A DNA stretch of 64,000 nucleotides from Myxococcota bacterium. Its GTDB lineage: Bacteria > Myxococcota > XYA12-FULL-58-9 > JABJBS01. The first letter of the stretch is position 1. Every line of letters begins with the position of its first letter. Where the stretch lies: the NCBI GenBank assembly GCA_036339465.1, contig JAYZAY010000011.1, positions 1-64,000 of the forward strand. Reading direction: 5' to 3'. The notes beneath the pieces are model-generated. The model was not told the origin of the DNA and did no database searches. It saw nothing but the letters and a program-made list of their open reading frames with translations. Below are positions 61,622-64,000 of the stretch, one piece after another. The position numbers were made by a program, and so were the translations under genes.

Positions 61622-64000
61622 ATGCTAAAACGTAGCCTGTTGGCTCTTTTTGGTATTGTCTTGTTAAGTGGCTGTGAAGCTTTATTTCCAGAACCATCAA
61701 CAACGCATGACTTGGTTCAAGCTGGGGTCGATGAAGGCCTAACGGAGGAAGCGATTCCTGCTGGTGCACAAGGAAATGTGGCAGCGGTTTTTGATCCGGT
61801 CAATGTGGATATTCCCTATCCCAACAACCTGCTTTTCGCTGCCGGTGGATCCGGGCCAACCGATGGGACGATGAACATTCCCATGGGGGGCGAATGTACG
61901 GATCCGGCCGACCTCCCCGAGGGGGTGACAAAAGCCGATGAGAATTATTCGGATCCTTTTTTCGTTCTAAATACCTTGGATGGGTTCTCGACCCTCCAAC
62001 CCATGATATTCCGGTTCAATGGCAGTGTTGATCCAGACACGGTGGTCGCGGGTGAGACGGTCCGGGTCTTCGAAGTGGAATTGGCGAATTACCTCTTAGA
62101 CGCCAAGGCCGTGCGAGCGGAACTGGCGGCCCCCAATGCGCTCTTAGGGGTTTTGGGCGACTACACCGTGGAAGTGGTCACCGACAGCAGTTCGACCAAG
62201 GATGATACCGGTGAGGTCATCGGTCGTACTTATTACGACTTTGTTAAAATTGTTCCCACAAAGCCTTTGAAGCCCGACACCGCCTACCTTGTGGCGGTGA
62301 CCACAGGCATTACTGATTTGGGCGGCCATCCGGTTGGCTCGGCCACTCTCTACAAGTTGGCCAAAAGCAAGGCGTCCTTTTTTGATTCAGAGGGCAATCT
62401 CAAATCCGATCTACCCACCAGTGGTGAGCAGAGCTTTGGTCTTGCCAATGAAAAAAATCGAGACAGCTATGGTTCACTAGAAACCATCCGGAGCCTAACC
62501 AATACCTACGAGCAGGTGCTGGCGCCCTACATCCCCAGCGATGATATTGTCCTCTCTTGGGCCTGGACCACCCAGTCCACCGACAACATGCTCAAGACCA
62601 TTGTGAAGAATGTCAAAGCCGGTCGTTATGCCCTGGGGCCTGCGCTGCATCCCGCAGATACTTCCAAAGTATCCACCACCCGGGACCTCTGCCCCGAAGT
62701 CGCCACCGATGCTACTTGTAAGGTGATTGCCGATGCCACCGCATGCGGGGCCAATCCCCTCTGCACCCACACACCAGCCACGGGTTGTATTGCCAGCGGC
62801 TGCATCAGCTACAATCTTTTGGGGCTTTCGGAAATCTATTTAGGTGCGGTGGAGCTTCCCTACTTTCTCAAGACCGGCAACAAGAGTCGAACTTCTTTTT
62901 GGGAAGGTCACTTGGGCCAATACGCCACGCGGTTTTACTCTGCCGGTTCAGGTGGACTCGGACCGAAAATGTATGGTTCCGAGGTGGTTCCTTTGGTGGT
63001 TTCCATTCCTTCAGCGGTGCTGGGATGCTCCAAACCCTATAAGACGGCCATTTTTGCCCACGAGGTTTTAACCGACCGCACCACCATGGCCATCATCGCC
63101 GACTCCTTTGCGAAGGAGTGCATGGCCATGGCTGCCATTGATCTACCCCTACACGGCATCAATAAGTACGAAGGCCCGGCCACTTCGAATGATCCGGCCA
63201 AGGGTCTCTCCCCCTACTATTTTGTGTCTGCGGATTTCCCCACCCCCCAGGCGTATAAAGCACTTCACGGCAATACCTGCGGCGTTTTAGATGCCGCCGA
63301 TTGCCACGCCAACCGCGTTTGTGAATTCGACAATGCCAACGATGTTTGCGGGGTTTCCAGCATTATTTATGCGTTCAACGGTGCCTGCGTCTCTTACAGC
63401 AATGAAACCGCCTGTACCGGGGGACAATCCTGTAGCTGGGATGGTTTTACTTGTTCGGCTGCGCCTATCGCCGGTGCCTATTCAAACCTACCGTGGTATT
63501 CAACTGTTTTGGGGCCGCTCCGTGAACGCCACTTTAACCTCGACTTCGCCGACAACAGCGCCGCTTTGGCAGTGGCCTCTCCCAACTATCCTACCGGCGA
63601 TGGCAAAGTTGATCCATCGGGATTCGACTTTATCAATCCCAATAAGCTCTTAACCACGCGCGACAATGTTCGACAGGCCGTTTCCGATTTCCTCGTGTTG
63701 GCCGAGACCATTCCTGAAATCACCGACAACTCAGAGGGCATGCGCCACCTCTTGAGAATCGGTGCCAAGTTTCCACACATTGTGGGTGGCCTAGCCGGAG
63801 GTGACACGAGCTACTCCATGAGGATGAATCTTGGTGAGGCTCTACCTGGGCTCTTCTCGGATCCCTCAGCCGCTCCCGAATTGGAAATACCTCAAGACGA
63901 GGGTGTTTGCAGTGCAGATCCAGCAACCTATTGTCGAATGAAAGACCCCACCAATCCTCTCTTGGGTGCACAATGCCCTCGTAAGGAATTGGATGACCGA
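61622..64000 (+). CDS. Large surface lipoprotein of the Pla-1/cef/VolA extracellular lipase family (3'-truncated; absent from ORF track)
   Basis: Hand-translated, 793 codons open to the window end: MLKRSLLALFGIVLLSGC lipobox; FDP..IPYPNNLLF, DGTMNIP, LNTLDGFST, PTKPLKPDTAYLVAVT, WTTQS, LPYFL, AIDLPLHG, ERHFNLD, DPSG..FIN...LTTRDNVRQAVSD. Confidence 0.88.
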   Translation, partial: MLKRSLLALFGIVLLSGCEALFPEPSTTHDLVQAGVDEGLTEEAIPAGAQGNVAAVFDPVNVDIPYPNNLLFAAGGSGPTDGTMNIPMGGECTDPADLPEGVTKADENYSDPFFVLNTLDGFSTLQPMIFRFNGSVDPDTVVAGETVRVFEVELANYLLDAKAVRAELAAPNALLGVLGDYTVEVVTDSSSTKDDTGEVIGRTYYDFVKIVPTKPLKPDTAYLVAVTTGITDLGGHPVGSATLYKLAKSKASFFDSEGNLKSDLPTSGEQSFGLANEKNRDSYGSLETIRSLTNTYEQVLAPYIPSDDIVLSWAWTTQSTDNMLKTIVKNVKAGRYALGPALHPADTSKVSTTRDLCPEVATDATCKVIADATACGANPLCTHTPATGCIASGCISYNLLGLSEIYLGAVELPYFLKTGNKSRTSFWEGHLGQYATRFYSAGSGGLGPKMYGSEVVPLVVSIPSAVLGCSKPYKTAIFAHEVLTDRTTMAIIADSFAKECMAMAAIDLPLHGINKYEGPATSNDPAKGLSPYYFVSADFPTPQAYKALHGNTCGVLDAADCHANRVCEFDNANDVCGVSSIIYAFNGACVSYSNETACTGGQSCSWDGFTCSAAPIAGAYSNLPWYSTVLGPLRERHFNLDFADNSAALAVASPNYPTGDGKVDPSGFDFINPNKLLTTRDNVRQAVSDFLVLAETIPEITDNSEGMRHLLRIGAKFPHIVGGLAGGDTSYSMRMNLGEALPGLFSDPSAAPELEIPQDEGVCSADPATYCRMKDPTNPLLGAQCPRKELDDR

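Noticed and set aside
61622..64000. Short ORF-track entries at 62144-63971
   Set aside because: They are shadow or alternate-frame ORFs of the single long lipoprotein gene; the same applies to most short antisense ORFs over the large genes in this window

Overview
Gene-dense 64 kb bacterial chromosomal segment with no transposases, integrases, phage genes, rRNA or CRISPR arrays detected. The gene families (IPT/TIG lipoprotein, FHA-GAF-adenylate cyclase, TM-GAF-GAF-GGDEF, long MCPs) suggest a moderately low-GC deltaproteobacterium/Myxococcota relative; this is inference only. Housekeeping content: glpK, acs, dNK, hemW, moaA/mobA/moaD-E fusion, clpB, argH, yajQ, dinB, hpf, PhoH/PIN ATPase, tRNA-Thr(TGT), tRNA-Ala(GGC), and a five-gene reductive pyrimidine catabolism operon without dihydropyrimidine dehydrogenase. 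The most notable items are signalling modules and intact but catalytically eroded proteins: (1) a porin + small PBP + CheY operon divergent from an MCP and a large Cys-rich Pla-1/VolA-like surface lipoprotein that the ORF track misses; (2) a pseudo-CheR fused to two non-canonical cNMP-binding domains; (3) a 4x MshEN-repeat protein with a CheX-like tail near a diguanylate cyclase and YajQ; (4) SfsA and OleC-like proteins that lack their catalytic motifs; (5) an APC permease-USP-PTS EIIA fusion. Two decaying pseudogene stretches and an unannotated 57-aa ORF were also found. All calls come from reading motifs by eye; no database searches were run.
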